From the NCBI GenBank assembly GCA_951406725.2, contig OX597838.1, positions 34,286,001 through 34,350,000 of the forward strand: a stretch of DNA of 64,000 bases, read 5' to 3'. The translations under genes and the position numbers were made by a program. The number at the start of each line of letters is the position of its first letter. Position 1 is the first letter of the stretch. Under the pieces are notes generated by a model. That model did not search any database, was not told where the DNA came from, and worked only from the letters and a program-made list of their open reading frames with translations. Shown here one piece after another: positions 11,986 through 21,990 of this stretch. This stretch comes from Octopus vulgaris. Lineage: Eukaryota.

Positions 11986-12553
11986 TATTGGGTTGTCCGG
12001 AAAGTTCGTGCCGATTTTTAAAGGAAAGAAAATGGTCAATATATTTGCCATTACATTTTTAATCAACCAAATATGAACCATTTTGTTGCACAATGCGTCT
12101 CCCTCTTTCCTTTAACTTGAAAATACCCTCTTCCCAGAATTGAGGTAGTTTCATGGCAAAGAATTCATCAAGGTATCTTTTTACGTTATCCAAGGAATTG
12201 AAATTTTTACCATCAAGACTATTCTGCAGAGACCTGAATAAGTGGAAATCCGAAGGAGCAATACCTGGTGAATACGAAGGGTGGGGTAACACTGCCCAGC
12301 CGAGCTGCAGCAATTTTTGTCTGGATTTCAAAGCATCAAGTGCCGAAAATGAAGTTTCTTATCTTCCATTTTAAAGGGTTACAGAATTAACACAGGTTAT
12401 AGGAACATAAACCTTCTTCCACAAAAAGATAGCTTAAACTGTGCTCTAAATCGAGGTGTAGTCAAATCCTATTTTATGGACTCAACCATGTTCTAAAATA
12501 AATCGAAAATTAGGCTACTATAAATCGGCACGAACTTTCCGGACAACCCAATA
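11986..12553 (-). mobile_element. Internally deleted mariner element with both TIRs
   Basis: Perfect TIRs TA-TTGGGTTGTCCGGAAAGTTCGTGCCGATTT / AAATCGGCACGAACTTTCCGGACAACCCAA-TA; N-terminal MEDKKLHFRHLML fused to C-terminal LPHPSYSPGIAPSDFHLFRSLQNSLDG. Confidence 0.95.
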
Positions 12554-12752
12554 GATGGCACCATCACCAGAGAGGTCACCGAGTAACTTGCAAGACAAGA
12601 TCCCTTCAAGTGAAGTGGGTTTATGCCAGGTGGTCAGAGTTTAGAGCATGATAGAGGGAAAGAAATAGCAGATGTACATGACTTACTGCAGTTGGAAAGG
12701 GAGAGGGGAGAGAAAGAGAAGATGGTGAAGAAGATAATGAAGTACCCCCTCA

Positions 12753-13352
12753 GGACCTTTTCCTTTTGAACGGCACACAATTTCTAGTTAACTAAACACT
12801 TTTAAACTTCATATAATGGTAGAATGTGTCAAAATAAAACATTTTTTTCTCTTGGCTTTCTTGAGAAAATTGTAATTTGTTTCTTTAACGTAGTTTAATT
12901 TTTCGAATTTTAACCAATCCTATGCTCTCTTTTGAGCTAAAATCATTTGCTGCGTCTAAAACTGAGACAACATCCTGTAACTAACCCTAACCCTAAATTT
13001 TTTTTTTATTAATTGTTACGCGTGTAAAAAAAACTAAAGCAATAGAATTAAATTAATTTAACAATTAAGAAAAAAAAAATTAGGGTTAGGGGGGAGGTTT
13101 AGGGTTAGTTACAGGATGTTGTCTCAGTTTTAGACACAGCAAATGATTTTAGTTGAATGGGGGTAATCGATTGGTTAAAATTGCTGAAATGCTCGGATTT
13201 TCAGACGAAATATCTTACAAACTATAGAATTTTCTCAATAAAACCAAGAGAAAATGATGTTTTATAAACACATTCTACCAGTATATGTAGTTTAAAAGTG
13301 TTTAGTTACCTAGAAATTGTGTTGACATCTGCCATTCAAAAGGAAAAGATCC
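12753..13352. mobile_element. Fold-back MITE (Merlin-like) with central TTAGGG-like repeats
   Basis: TIRs GGACCTTTTCCTTTTGAACGGCA / TGCCATTCAAAAGGAAAAGATCC; TSD CCCCCTCA / CACCCTCA (7 of 8); long inverted arms; related to 1141-1542. Confidence 0.82.
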
Positions 13353-13404
13353 CACCCTCAAATTACAGGGAAGTGAAAGAGGTACAACCTGGAGAAATAC
13401 TTAC

Positions 13405-13491
13405 TGTGTGAGAAATACTGTTACAACGTTCTTTACCAATTGGATCTGGAAGCTTTGGTGATTGGTTACCACCTATAGAATTAGAATCCTC
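13405..13491 (-). CDS. unk: Unkempt exon, symmetric (phase 0-0), disordered region
   Basis: EDSNSIGGNQSPKLPDPIGKERCNSISHT; acceptor attttgcag, donor gtaagt; 87 nt of unique sequence between repeats. Confidence 0.8.
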
Positions 13492-13552
13492 CTGCAAAAT
13501 AATCAAACAAACCAAGAATGACCAATTCCATGTTTTAGACAAAATACACAGG

Positions 13553-14000
13553 TTTCAAATTTTGGCACAAGGCTAGCAATTCTGGGGAAGGGGGTAAATC
13601 AATTACACTGACCCCAGTATTCAACTGGTACTTATTTTATCTTGGAAGGCAGCGAGCTGGCAGAAACGTTAGCACGCCGGGCGAAATGCTTAGCGGTATT
13701 TCGTCTGTCGTTCAAATTCCGCCGAGGTCGACTTTGCCTTTCATCCTTTCGGGGTCTATAAATTAAGTACCAGTTACGCACTGGGGTCGATGTAATAGAC
13801 TTAATACCTATCTCTGTCCTTGTTTGTCCCCTCTGTGTTTAGCCCCTTGTGGGTAATAAAGAAATAGGTACTTATTTTATCTATCCTGAAGGGATTAACA
13901 GCAAAGTTGACCTTGTTGGTATTTGAACTCAGAATGTAAAGATGGATGAAATGCCACAAAGCATTTTACCTGGCATGCAAATGATTCTGCCAGCTTCCTG
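13553..14000. mobile_element. Young SINE C (+, ~13646-13868) nested in older SINE C (-)
   Basis: GGTACTTATTTTATCT flanks the inner copy on both sides (13627-13642 and 13868-13883), consistent with a TSD. Confidence 0.8.
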
Positions 14001-14496
14001 CTCAGAGTTTTAGACTAAAATATTAAAGATGATCAATAAGTTTAGTATCTTCATATTTAAACAGACCATATCCCACCCAAATATTCTTGTTTTCTTTTCT
14101 TGTCAATGGTCCTTCATCATATGGTTTTAGGGTGCCCTGCTGTTCTTTCCCCTCACCATGTTGCCACTTTACTGCCACCATATAATTGCTTTTCCAATCT
14201 TGTCTGAGGACATGTCCGATCCAGTTACAGAGTCTGCGTATTATTCCGTCACTGATCCTGTTGATGTTTCAATTGTCAGAATGAAGGAAATCTACCAAAC
14301 AGTCAGAATGCCTTGAAAGTTTGCCCTCTCAATTCCCTTTCTGCCCACCATGAACTTACTGTAGATTTTCAAACTGAACAACGTTTCATCAATCTCACCA
14401 GTCTTGGAGTGTCAACAAAGAACAAGAACTAAACAATCCCTTCTCATTAAATAGCAACATAAGCAAAAAGAAAATCCGTGAGTTTGAGAGAATGTA

Positions 14497-14894
14497 CTCT
14501 CTCTCTTTTACTCTTTTACTTGTTTCAGTCATTTGACTGTGGCCATGCTGGAGCACCGCCTTTAATCGAGCAACTCAACCCCGGGACTTATTCTTTTGTA
14601 AGCCAGTACTTATTCTATCGGTCTCTTTTGCCGAACCGCTAAGTAACGGGGACATAAATACACCAGCACCGGTTGTCAAGCAATGCTAGGGGGACAAACA
14701 CAGACACACATATGCATATATACATATATACGATGGGCTTCTTTTCAGTTTCCGTCTACCAAATCCACTCACAAGGCTTTGGTCGGCCCGAGGCTATAGT
14801 AGAAGACACTTGCCCAAGGTGCCACGCAGTGGGACTGAACCCAGAACCATGTGGCTGGTAAACAAGCTACTTACCACACAGCCACTCCTGCGCC
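14497..14894 (-). mobile_element. SINE family A, full length
   Basis: Head GGCGCAGGAGTGGCTGTGTGGTAAG...GGGTTCAGTCCC and complete tail. Confidence 0.9.
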
Positions 14895-15149
14895 TATGTG
14901 TATATATGTGACACAGAAAGTCTGTGTGTGCATGTGCATATTTGAAGGAATGTGCATATGTGTTTGAGAGAATGTGTGTTTATACATGTGCATGTGAAAG
15001 AATGTGTACTGTATTTTCCAGCACACAAGTTGAATTTTTCAGGCCAAAATTTAATGTGAAATGCTGGATTAGGAAGATAACGACAATGTTTTGGATGTTT
15101 ATACTAAATGTTTATGTTATATACTGTGTTGGTTTGTATCCTGGAAAAT

Positions 15150-15425
15150 CATCATGATCATGATGATCATCATCATCGTTTAACGTCCGCTTTCCATGCT
15201 AGCATGGGTTGGATGATTTTGACTGAGGGCTGGTGAACCAGATGGCTGCACCAGGCTCCAATCTTGATCTGGCAGAGTTGCTACAGCTGGATGCCCTTCC
15301 TAACGCCAATCACTCCGAGAGTGTAGTGGGTGCTTTTTATGTGCCACCGACCGGCATGGGGGCTACTCAGGTGGTACTGGCAATGACCTCGCTCGAATCT
15401 TTTTACACGTGCCACCGGCACAGGT
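15150..15425 (-). mobile_element. Retroposon family B
   Basis: (CAT)n tail and conserved 3' body. Confidence 0.8.
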
Positions 15426-15576
15426 GAATGTAATGGTTTGAGAAAACATGTTTGTATGTTTGAGAAAGTGTGTACATGTGTTGGAAAGAAAGCGTGTATT
15501 ATTTATTTTATTTTATTTAGTCTCAGCTAACGAGCTGTGGCCATGCTGGGGCACTGCCATTTAAATGAAATCAGAC

Positions 15577-15648
15577 TGCCGTGACCAGGATTCGAACCTG
15601 GGTTACCATGGCCACATCGTGGGGTCCTAACCACTAGACAATCACGGC
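15577..15648 (-). pseudogene. tRNA-His(GUG)-derived sequence (pseudogene or SINE head)
   Basis: Minus strand reads GCCGTGATTGTCTAGTGGTTAGGACCCCACGATGTGGCCATGGTAACCCAGGTTCGAATCCTGGTCACGGCA: 72 nt, intact acceptor stem, T-arm, A/B boxes and GTG anticodon. There is a C-A mismatch in the anticodon stem, A at position 32, and no T4+ terminator downstream. Confidence 0.85.
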
Positions 15649-15962
15649 CATTCGTCTAATTGTATATCTGTTTTGGCACCAAAACATTGTCAGAAAACAG
15701 AGCTGTTGCAGAGACTGTGTTGTAGCTTTATGTGCCTCATGGCATGGAGAGAACCAACTAATTACTTAACTTCCAAGAAATTAAGATAATGGTTAGTGCA
15801 GGAGATTGTGCATATATTTTGGGAGAATGTGTATACATATGTCACAGAGAATATGACTGAATGTGTTTGTATGAGTGTATGTGTTTTAGAAAATGTGAAC
15901 TTTCACGGGTGTACATGCTACATATCGTTACTGTGTGTGCTTGACAGAGAATATCAATGCAT

Positions 15963-16346
15963 ACTCTTTACTCTTTTACTCGTTTCAGTCATTAAACTGT
16001 GGCCATGCTGGAGCACTGCCTTTAGTCGAGCAAATCAACCCGAAGACTTATTCTTTGTAAGCCCAGTGCTTATTCTATCGGTCTCTTTTGCCGAACCGCT
16101 AAGTGACGGGAACGTAAACACACCAGCATCGGCTGTCAGGCGATGTTGGGGGGACAAACACAGACACACAAACATACACATATATATATATATATACATA
16201 TATACAACAGGTTTATTTCAGTTTCCATTTACCAAATCCACTCACAAGGCTATAGTAGAAGACACTTGCCCATGGTGCCACGCAGTGGGACTGAACCCGG
16301 AACCATGTGGTTGGTAAGCAAGCTACTTACCACATAGCCACTCCTA
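15963..16346 (-). mobile_element. SINE family A
   Basis: Same structure as other family A copies; lies ~140 bp into the intron after the 16489 exon donor. Confidence 0.88.
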
Positions 16347-16488
16347 TGTATGTGTATAGGTGGTAACAAGTCGTATACATATTGCATTGCCCAAACACAG
16401 CCACACACACACACACACACACATACATACATACACACTGATCTACCAGAAAGAGAAGACAAAAGCTAAAACAGACAAAATGGTTTAC

Positions 16489-16625
16489 CTTTTGATTTTG
16501 AAGCAACATTCCTTTGCCTTCATTATTTTCTAAATTATTACTACTTTGTGGTAAAGCGTTAGTTACAAATGCTGCTAAAGAATTATCACTTGATAAATTT
16601 AATTCTCTCTGTGCTGTCATTTCCT
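16489..16625 (-). CDS. unk: Unkempt exon, post-zinc-finger low-complexity region
   Basis: (Q)EMTAQRELNLSSDNSLAAFVTNALPQSSNNLENNEGKGMLLQNQK; acceptor gtttttacag, donor gtaaac; 137 nt, phase 1 to 0, continues the ZnF6 exon frame. Confidence 0.88.
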
Positions 16626-16759
16626 CTGTAAAAACAAAAAAACAAAAATTATATAAAATATTATAAATATAAATAAAAACATGAAGGTGCATGGCCTAGT
16701 GGTTAGGGTGTTGCACTCATGAACACATCAACTCGTTAACATTTTCATCATCATTTTAA

Positions 16760-17259
16760 CCCTTTTGATACCAACCCGGCCAAAACTGCCTCTGTCTCTG
16801 AGTACAAATGTCTTGTTTTCATAAGTTTTGAATTAAAATCTTCCACCAAACCTTAGTCACAATTTATGTTCCCAATACTAGCTTAATGATAACTAAGTTA
16901 TTTTACTAAATTCTTTGTTGCCGATGTCAGTGCCGCCTCGACTGGCTTCTGAGCCAGTGGCACGTAAAATGCACCAATCCGACCGTGGCCGTTGCCAGCC
17001 TCACCTGGCACCTGTGCAGGTGGCACGTAAAAAGCACTCACTACACTCACGGAGTGGTTGGCGTTAGGAAGGGCATCCAGCTGTAGAAACACTGCCAGAT
17101 TGGAGCCTGGTGCAGCCTTCTGCCTTCCCAGATCCCCCGGTCGAACCATCCAACCCATGCTAGCATGGAGAACGGACGTTAAACGATGATGATGATGATG
17201 ATTTAAAATAAATTGAATGAAACACAGAGCATCTCAAAATAAATACGGTAACGAAAGGG
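16760..17259. mobile_element. piggyBac-type MITE P2 with family B retroposon inserted (~16920-17202)
   Basis: TTAA-CCCTTTTGATACC ... GGTAACGAAAGGG-TTAA; the two halves rejoin to match 25437-25646. Confidence 0.83.
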
Positions 17260-17869
17260 TTAACATCTACTTTCTCATAGGTCAGGAGAAATTTGTGCAG
17301 GCGGATTTTCTACAATTGGATGACCTTCCTGACGCCAATATTCACCTGATTCCAAGTAAGGTACTATGCCCCGAGACCAGACATGTTTGCATCGAAGACT
17401 AGAAACAGAGGACACTGCTTCCATGATGGTGACATTCATTCACAACCATCACGTGAAGTCAAGGCAAAGAAACAGTCACACACACACACACACATATGAT
17501 GGGCTTCTTTCAGTCTACCAAATCCACTCTCAGGGCTTTGATCAGCTGAGGGATGAAGAGGAAAAAAACTTGCCACACAGTGAGACTGAACCTGAGATCA
17601 GGTGGTTAGAAAGCAAACTTCTTGCCACACAGTCATGCTTTGCACATGTAGGCTAATTATAGAGAATTTTTTTTTTACAGGAAAAACAAGTTCCCCGCTC
17701 CTTTTAATTCTCTCATTCACACATTATCCTAGCTCCATGATAAACACACCATTTACTTCTCCTACTACCATTTACTTTCCATTATCTGACAGCTTCCTAC
17801 TTGCAAGCTATCTCTTTAATGAGACAGCAAATAAAAACAAAGCTAATTATTACATGCAGATTGTTGTTG

Positions 17870-17900
<31 letters not shown>

Positions 17901-17904
17901 CAGA

Positions 17905-18948
17905 ATCAGAATCAAAATTGATCAACATCAATGGAAATTGTAGCTGTGATACCAGTGCCGGTGGCATGTAAGTGAACCATCCGAATGTGGCCGTTGCCAG
18001 CGCTGCCCCGACGGGCCTCCGTGCCAGTGGCACATAAAAAGCACCATCCGACCGTGGCTGTTTGCCAGCCTCGCTTGGCACACATGCCGGTGGCACGTAA
18101 AAAGCACCATCCGGCCGTGGCCGTTTGCCAGCCTCGTCTGGCACCCATGCTGGTGGCACGTAAAAAGCACCATCCGATCATGGCCATTGGCAGCCTCGCC
18201 TGGCCCCCGTGCCGGTGGCACGTAAAAAGCACCATCCGGCCGTGGCCGTTTGCCAGCCTCGTCTGGCACCCATGCTGGTGGCACGTAAAAAGCACCATCC
18301 GATCATGGCCATTGGCAGCCTCGCCTGGCTCCCCGTGCCGGTGGCACGTAAAAAGCACCATCCGGCCGTGGCCGTTTGCCAGCCTCGTCTGGCACCCATG
18401 CTGGTGGCACGTAAAAAGCACCATCCGATCATGGCCATTGGCAGCCTCGCCTGGCTCCCCGTGCCGGTGGCACGTAAAAAGCACCATCCGGCCGTGGCCG
18501 TTTGCCAGCCTCGTCTGGCACCCATGCTGGTGGCACGTAAAAAGCACCATCCGATCATGGCCATTGGCAGCCTCGCCTGGCCCCCGTGCCGGTGGCACGT
18601 AAAAAGCACCATCCGACCGTGGCCGTTTGCCAGCCTCGTCTGGCACCCATGCTGGTGGCACGTAAAAAGCACCATCCGATCATGGCCATTGGCAGCCTCG
18701 CCTGGCCCCCGTGCCGGTGGCACGTAAAAAGCACCATCCGACCGTGGCCGTTTGCCAGCCCCGTCTGGCACGTAAAAAGCACCGACTACACTCACGGTGT
18801 GGTTGGCATTAGGAAGGGCATCCAGCTGTAGAAACACTGCCAGATCAGACTGGGCCTGGTGCAGCCTTCTGGCTTGCTAGACCCCAGTTGAACCGTCCAA
18901 CCCATGCTAGCATGGAAAGCGGATGCTAAATGATGATGATGATGATGA
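17905..18948 (+). mobile_element. Retroposon family B with expanded GC-rich internal array
   Basis: 5' AATCAAAATTGATCAACATCAATGGAAA, 13 TGGCAC(G/A)TAAAAAGCACC cores, conserved 3' body and (GAT)n tail. Confidence 0.88.
18028..18783. repeat. 62-63-bp minisatellite with A/B alternating (125-126 bp) higher-order structure
   Basis: Cores at 18028, 18091, 18154, 18216, 18279, 18342, 18405, 18468, 18531, 18593, 18656, 18718, 18766; two unit types alternate. Confidence 0.95.
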
Positions 18949-19954
18949 TTAAAGAATGATAAAAAAAAAAGAAAAGAAACAGTTATAGTGATGTACATAT
19001 AAAAGTTGTTGAAAAAATGGTATTTGTTGGTAATGGAAGGTGAAGGAAAGAAGGTAAGTCATAGTTAATTTTCCTCTCAATTGATAATAGAACAACTTTG
19101 TCTCACACAATCAAACATTTTATAGTACATAATCATTTCAATTATCTGGACATTCTTCAAAATAGCTAAGTATAAAAGAAACACAAAGGGAGGTTAAGCT
19201 CCAAAAAACAAACTTGCATTGCAAAGGAAATAATGCTGTCTGATAATAATGGATAATGCAAAATTTGTTTTATGTAAAAGTATATGTACACACACACACA
19301 CACACTTTGTTGTTTGTTGGCCTTTTCAAAGAGTGCCATTTAGATATATTTTACATATCTAGCACGGAAAAACAAACTTGAAATTGTTGATGGTACACAC
19401 ACACAATCACCATCGCCATCATCATTTAACATGCACTTTTCCATGCTTGCATGGGTCAGACGGAATTTTTTGCCCCAGCAGATTTTTCCACAGCTGGATG
19501 TCCTTCCTGTTGCTAACCCTCACCCATATCCAGGTAAGGTGAATATTTCCCCATAACCAGACATGTTTTCATGAAAGATTGGAATGAAGGACACTGCTTG
19601 CATGATGGTAACACTTGTTTAAAGCTATCCTGTGTGGTCAAGGCAAGACAGTGAAACACAGATACACACACACACACACATGGGATGAGCCTCTTCTATT
19701 CTTCATCAACCAAATCCACTCACAAGGCTTTGGATGGCCTAGACTGTAGTAGACAACACTTGCCCAAGGTGCTACACAGTGCGACTGAACTTCAAACCAG
19801 TAAGGTTATCAAGTAACTTGCAAGACCAGACCCCTCAAATGGGGTGGACGGGGTAGTATTGAGGGGGTGGCTTTAAGCCGAGGGATGAAAGGGACAGAAA
19901 CAGGTGTCTTGCTAAGGTGCAATACATATTCTTCCCTCTTTGATTTAAGGGATA

Positions 19955-20190
19955 TCTTATTTCTTTATTGCCCACAAGGGGCTAAAGATAGAGGGGACAA
20001 ACAAGGACAGACAAATGGATTAAGTCGATTACATCGCCCCCATTGCGTAACTGGTACTTAATTTATCGACCCCCGAAAGGATGAAAGGCAAAGTCGACCT
20101 CGGCGTAATTTGAACTCAGAACGTAACAGCAGACGAAATACTGCTAAGCATTTCGCCCAGTGTGCTAACGTTTCTGCCAGCTCGCCACCT
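19955..20190 (-). mobile_element. SINE family C, young
   Basis: Near-identical to 3585-3825. Confidence 0.85.
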
Positions 20191-20874
20191 TTTTAAGGGA
20201 TATCTGGCAGCTATTCATGGCAGATTACTCAACTCCATAGAAGCCCTCTCTTTCAAAATTCTAGCTGGAGTTTTTATTAGTTTTCTTCCTTACTACAACT
20301 AGATAAAATTCATGTAGGGCATGGCCCATTTCGTGAGCTTCTGTACTTTCCATCTACTCAGTTTCATTCACAAGGCTTGGATTAGTATCAGGGTAGGGTA
20401 GAAGACATTTGGTCAAAGAACTGTGCAGTGGGATTGAGCTTAGAATCACATAATTGCAGAGCAAAACTGTACAGTTTAAGCTTGCAGCCATGGCCAATGA
20501 AAGACTCTGTGGTCACTCAATTTACTAGAAATAGCAGCTAAATTCTTCCAAATGACATCTTGAATAAAGATAGGTAACATGCCATAAAGATAGGTAGCAT
20601 GCCATTCAGTAAGTCCCACAAGCCATAGTTTGTTCAAGATACTTAAACTGAGAAACCCCTAAAAGGCAGGATGGTCGCAGCTGGAATACCGTTGCAGTTT
20701 GATTGAACAAGGGTTACACAACAACAAGTAGGATGTGTAGGGGACACATGCACAAACTTAGCAATGGATTTAGAAGTTAGTTAAGAGGTAGGCTTTTAAG
20801 TCCATATGAAATATTGTAATTATACACATAAAAAAACAGAAAAAAAAAACAATATATTTTAAAAAATAACTTAC

Positions 20875-20959
20875 GTTCAACATGTGCAAAAGCACAAAAT
20901 GACCCACGAGGGCAGAAACTATTTTGTACCATATCATTACATTTTGTTGATTTATAAAT
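20875..20959 (-). CDS. unk: Unkempt exon, ZnF6
   Basis: IYKSTKCNDMVQNSFCPRGSFCAFAHVE; acceptor ttctgttgcag, donor gtaagt; 85 nt, phase 0 to 1. Confidence 0.97.
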
Positions 20960-21079
20960 CTGCAACAGAAAATCAGAAAATTCTATGTAAGTATAAGAGA
21001 CAGAGCAAAGCTTCAGCTTCAAATACATTTTAAAACCGTGTCTTGATAGTTTTTCTTTCTTGTTTGTAAAGTCAATCAC

Positions 21080-21111
<32 letters not shown>

Positions 21112-21200
21112 TCTTTTACTTGTTTCCATTACTGCGTTGTTTCCTCTACGGTGGGGCTACAGCCTGAAAGAGTTTACTCGATCCCTTACTTTTAAAAGGT

Positions 21201-21585
21201 GGAGGCGCAATGGCCCAGTGGTTAGGGCAGTGGACTCGCGGTCATAGGATCGCGGTTTCGATTCCCAGACCGGGTGTTGTGAGTGTTTATTGAGCGAAAA
21301 CACCTCAAGCTCCACGAGGCTCCGGCAGGGGATGGTGGTGATCCCTGCTGTACTCTTTCACCACAACTTTCTCTCACTCTTACTTCCTGTTTCTGTTGTA
21401 CCTGTATTTCAAAGGGCCGGCCTTGTCACTCTCTGTGTCACGCTGAATATCCCCGAGAACTACGTTAAGGGTACACGTGTCTGTGGAGTGCTCAGCCACT
21501 TACACGTTAATTTCACGAGCAGGCTGTTCCGTTGATCGGATCAACCGGAACCCTCGTCATCATAACCGATGGAGTTCTTCCATCC
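21201..21585 (+). mobile_element. tRNA-derived SINE family D
   Basis: Head GGAGGCGCAATGGCCCAGTGGTTAGGG...GGTTTCGATTCCC (A/B boxes); flanked by ACTTTTAA; near-identical inverted copy at 40149-40535. Confidence 0.88.
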
Positions 21586-21649
21586 ACTTTTAAGGGATTT
21601 TTACCTTTTAACCTACAGATTTTAAAAAATAATTTTTTGTAACTAAATT

Positions 21650-21990
21650 GCATAGTGCCAAGGACTCCAAATTTGCCATCAAGATGTAGGACAAGATACT
21701 GTGATAGCCTGGGCTTCAGAGGTCCACAGCTCTTCAATATCCTCCTGAAGGACCTCAGAGAACTGCATGGGGTGGCTGCAGATGTTTTCAAAATAAAGCT
21801 GGACCTCTTCCTGTCAGGTGTCCCAGATGAACCAACTTCACGGCAAGAGGTGCAGATGAGGGCAGCTGCATCAAACTCTCTCATGCACCAAATGGCAATT
21901 GCTAAAAAGCATTCGTGAAGTAAAATCATGTAGCAACACCAAATGGCATGGCCACAGCTCGTGAGCTGAAACTAGATGAAATGAAAAAAA
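21650..21990 (+). mobile_element. CR1/L2-group LINE, 3' end
   Basis: ORF2 C-terminus SLGFRGPQLFNILLKDLRELHGVAADVFKIKLDLFLSGVPDEP, then short 3' UTR GCATGGCCACAGCTCGTGAGCTGAAACTAG and A-rich tail. Confidence 0.8.

Noticed and set aside
14673-14861. Recurrent small ORFs such as ...QIHSQGFGRPEAIVEDTCPRCHAVGLNPEPCGW
   Set aside because: These are antisense translations of SINE family A, repeated at every copy, not a gene family.
15577-15648. Functional tRNA-His gene
   Set aside because: Anticodon-stem mismatch, purine at position 32, no oligo-T terminator and fusion to a LINE tail; treated as a pseudogene or SINE head.
18028-18783. CRISPR-like array of constant cores with intervening sequence
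   Set aside because: The intervening sequences are two alternating, mutually related types rather than unique spacers. The array lies inside a eukaryotic retroposon and there are no cas genes.
17797-18837. Long overlapping ORFs (up to 249 aa) on both strands
   Set aside because: They result from a GC-rich, stop-poor tandem repeat; the peptides are repetitive and recur in other family B copies.
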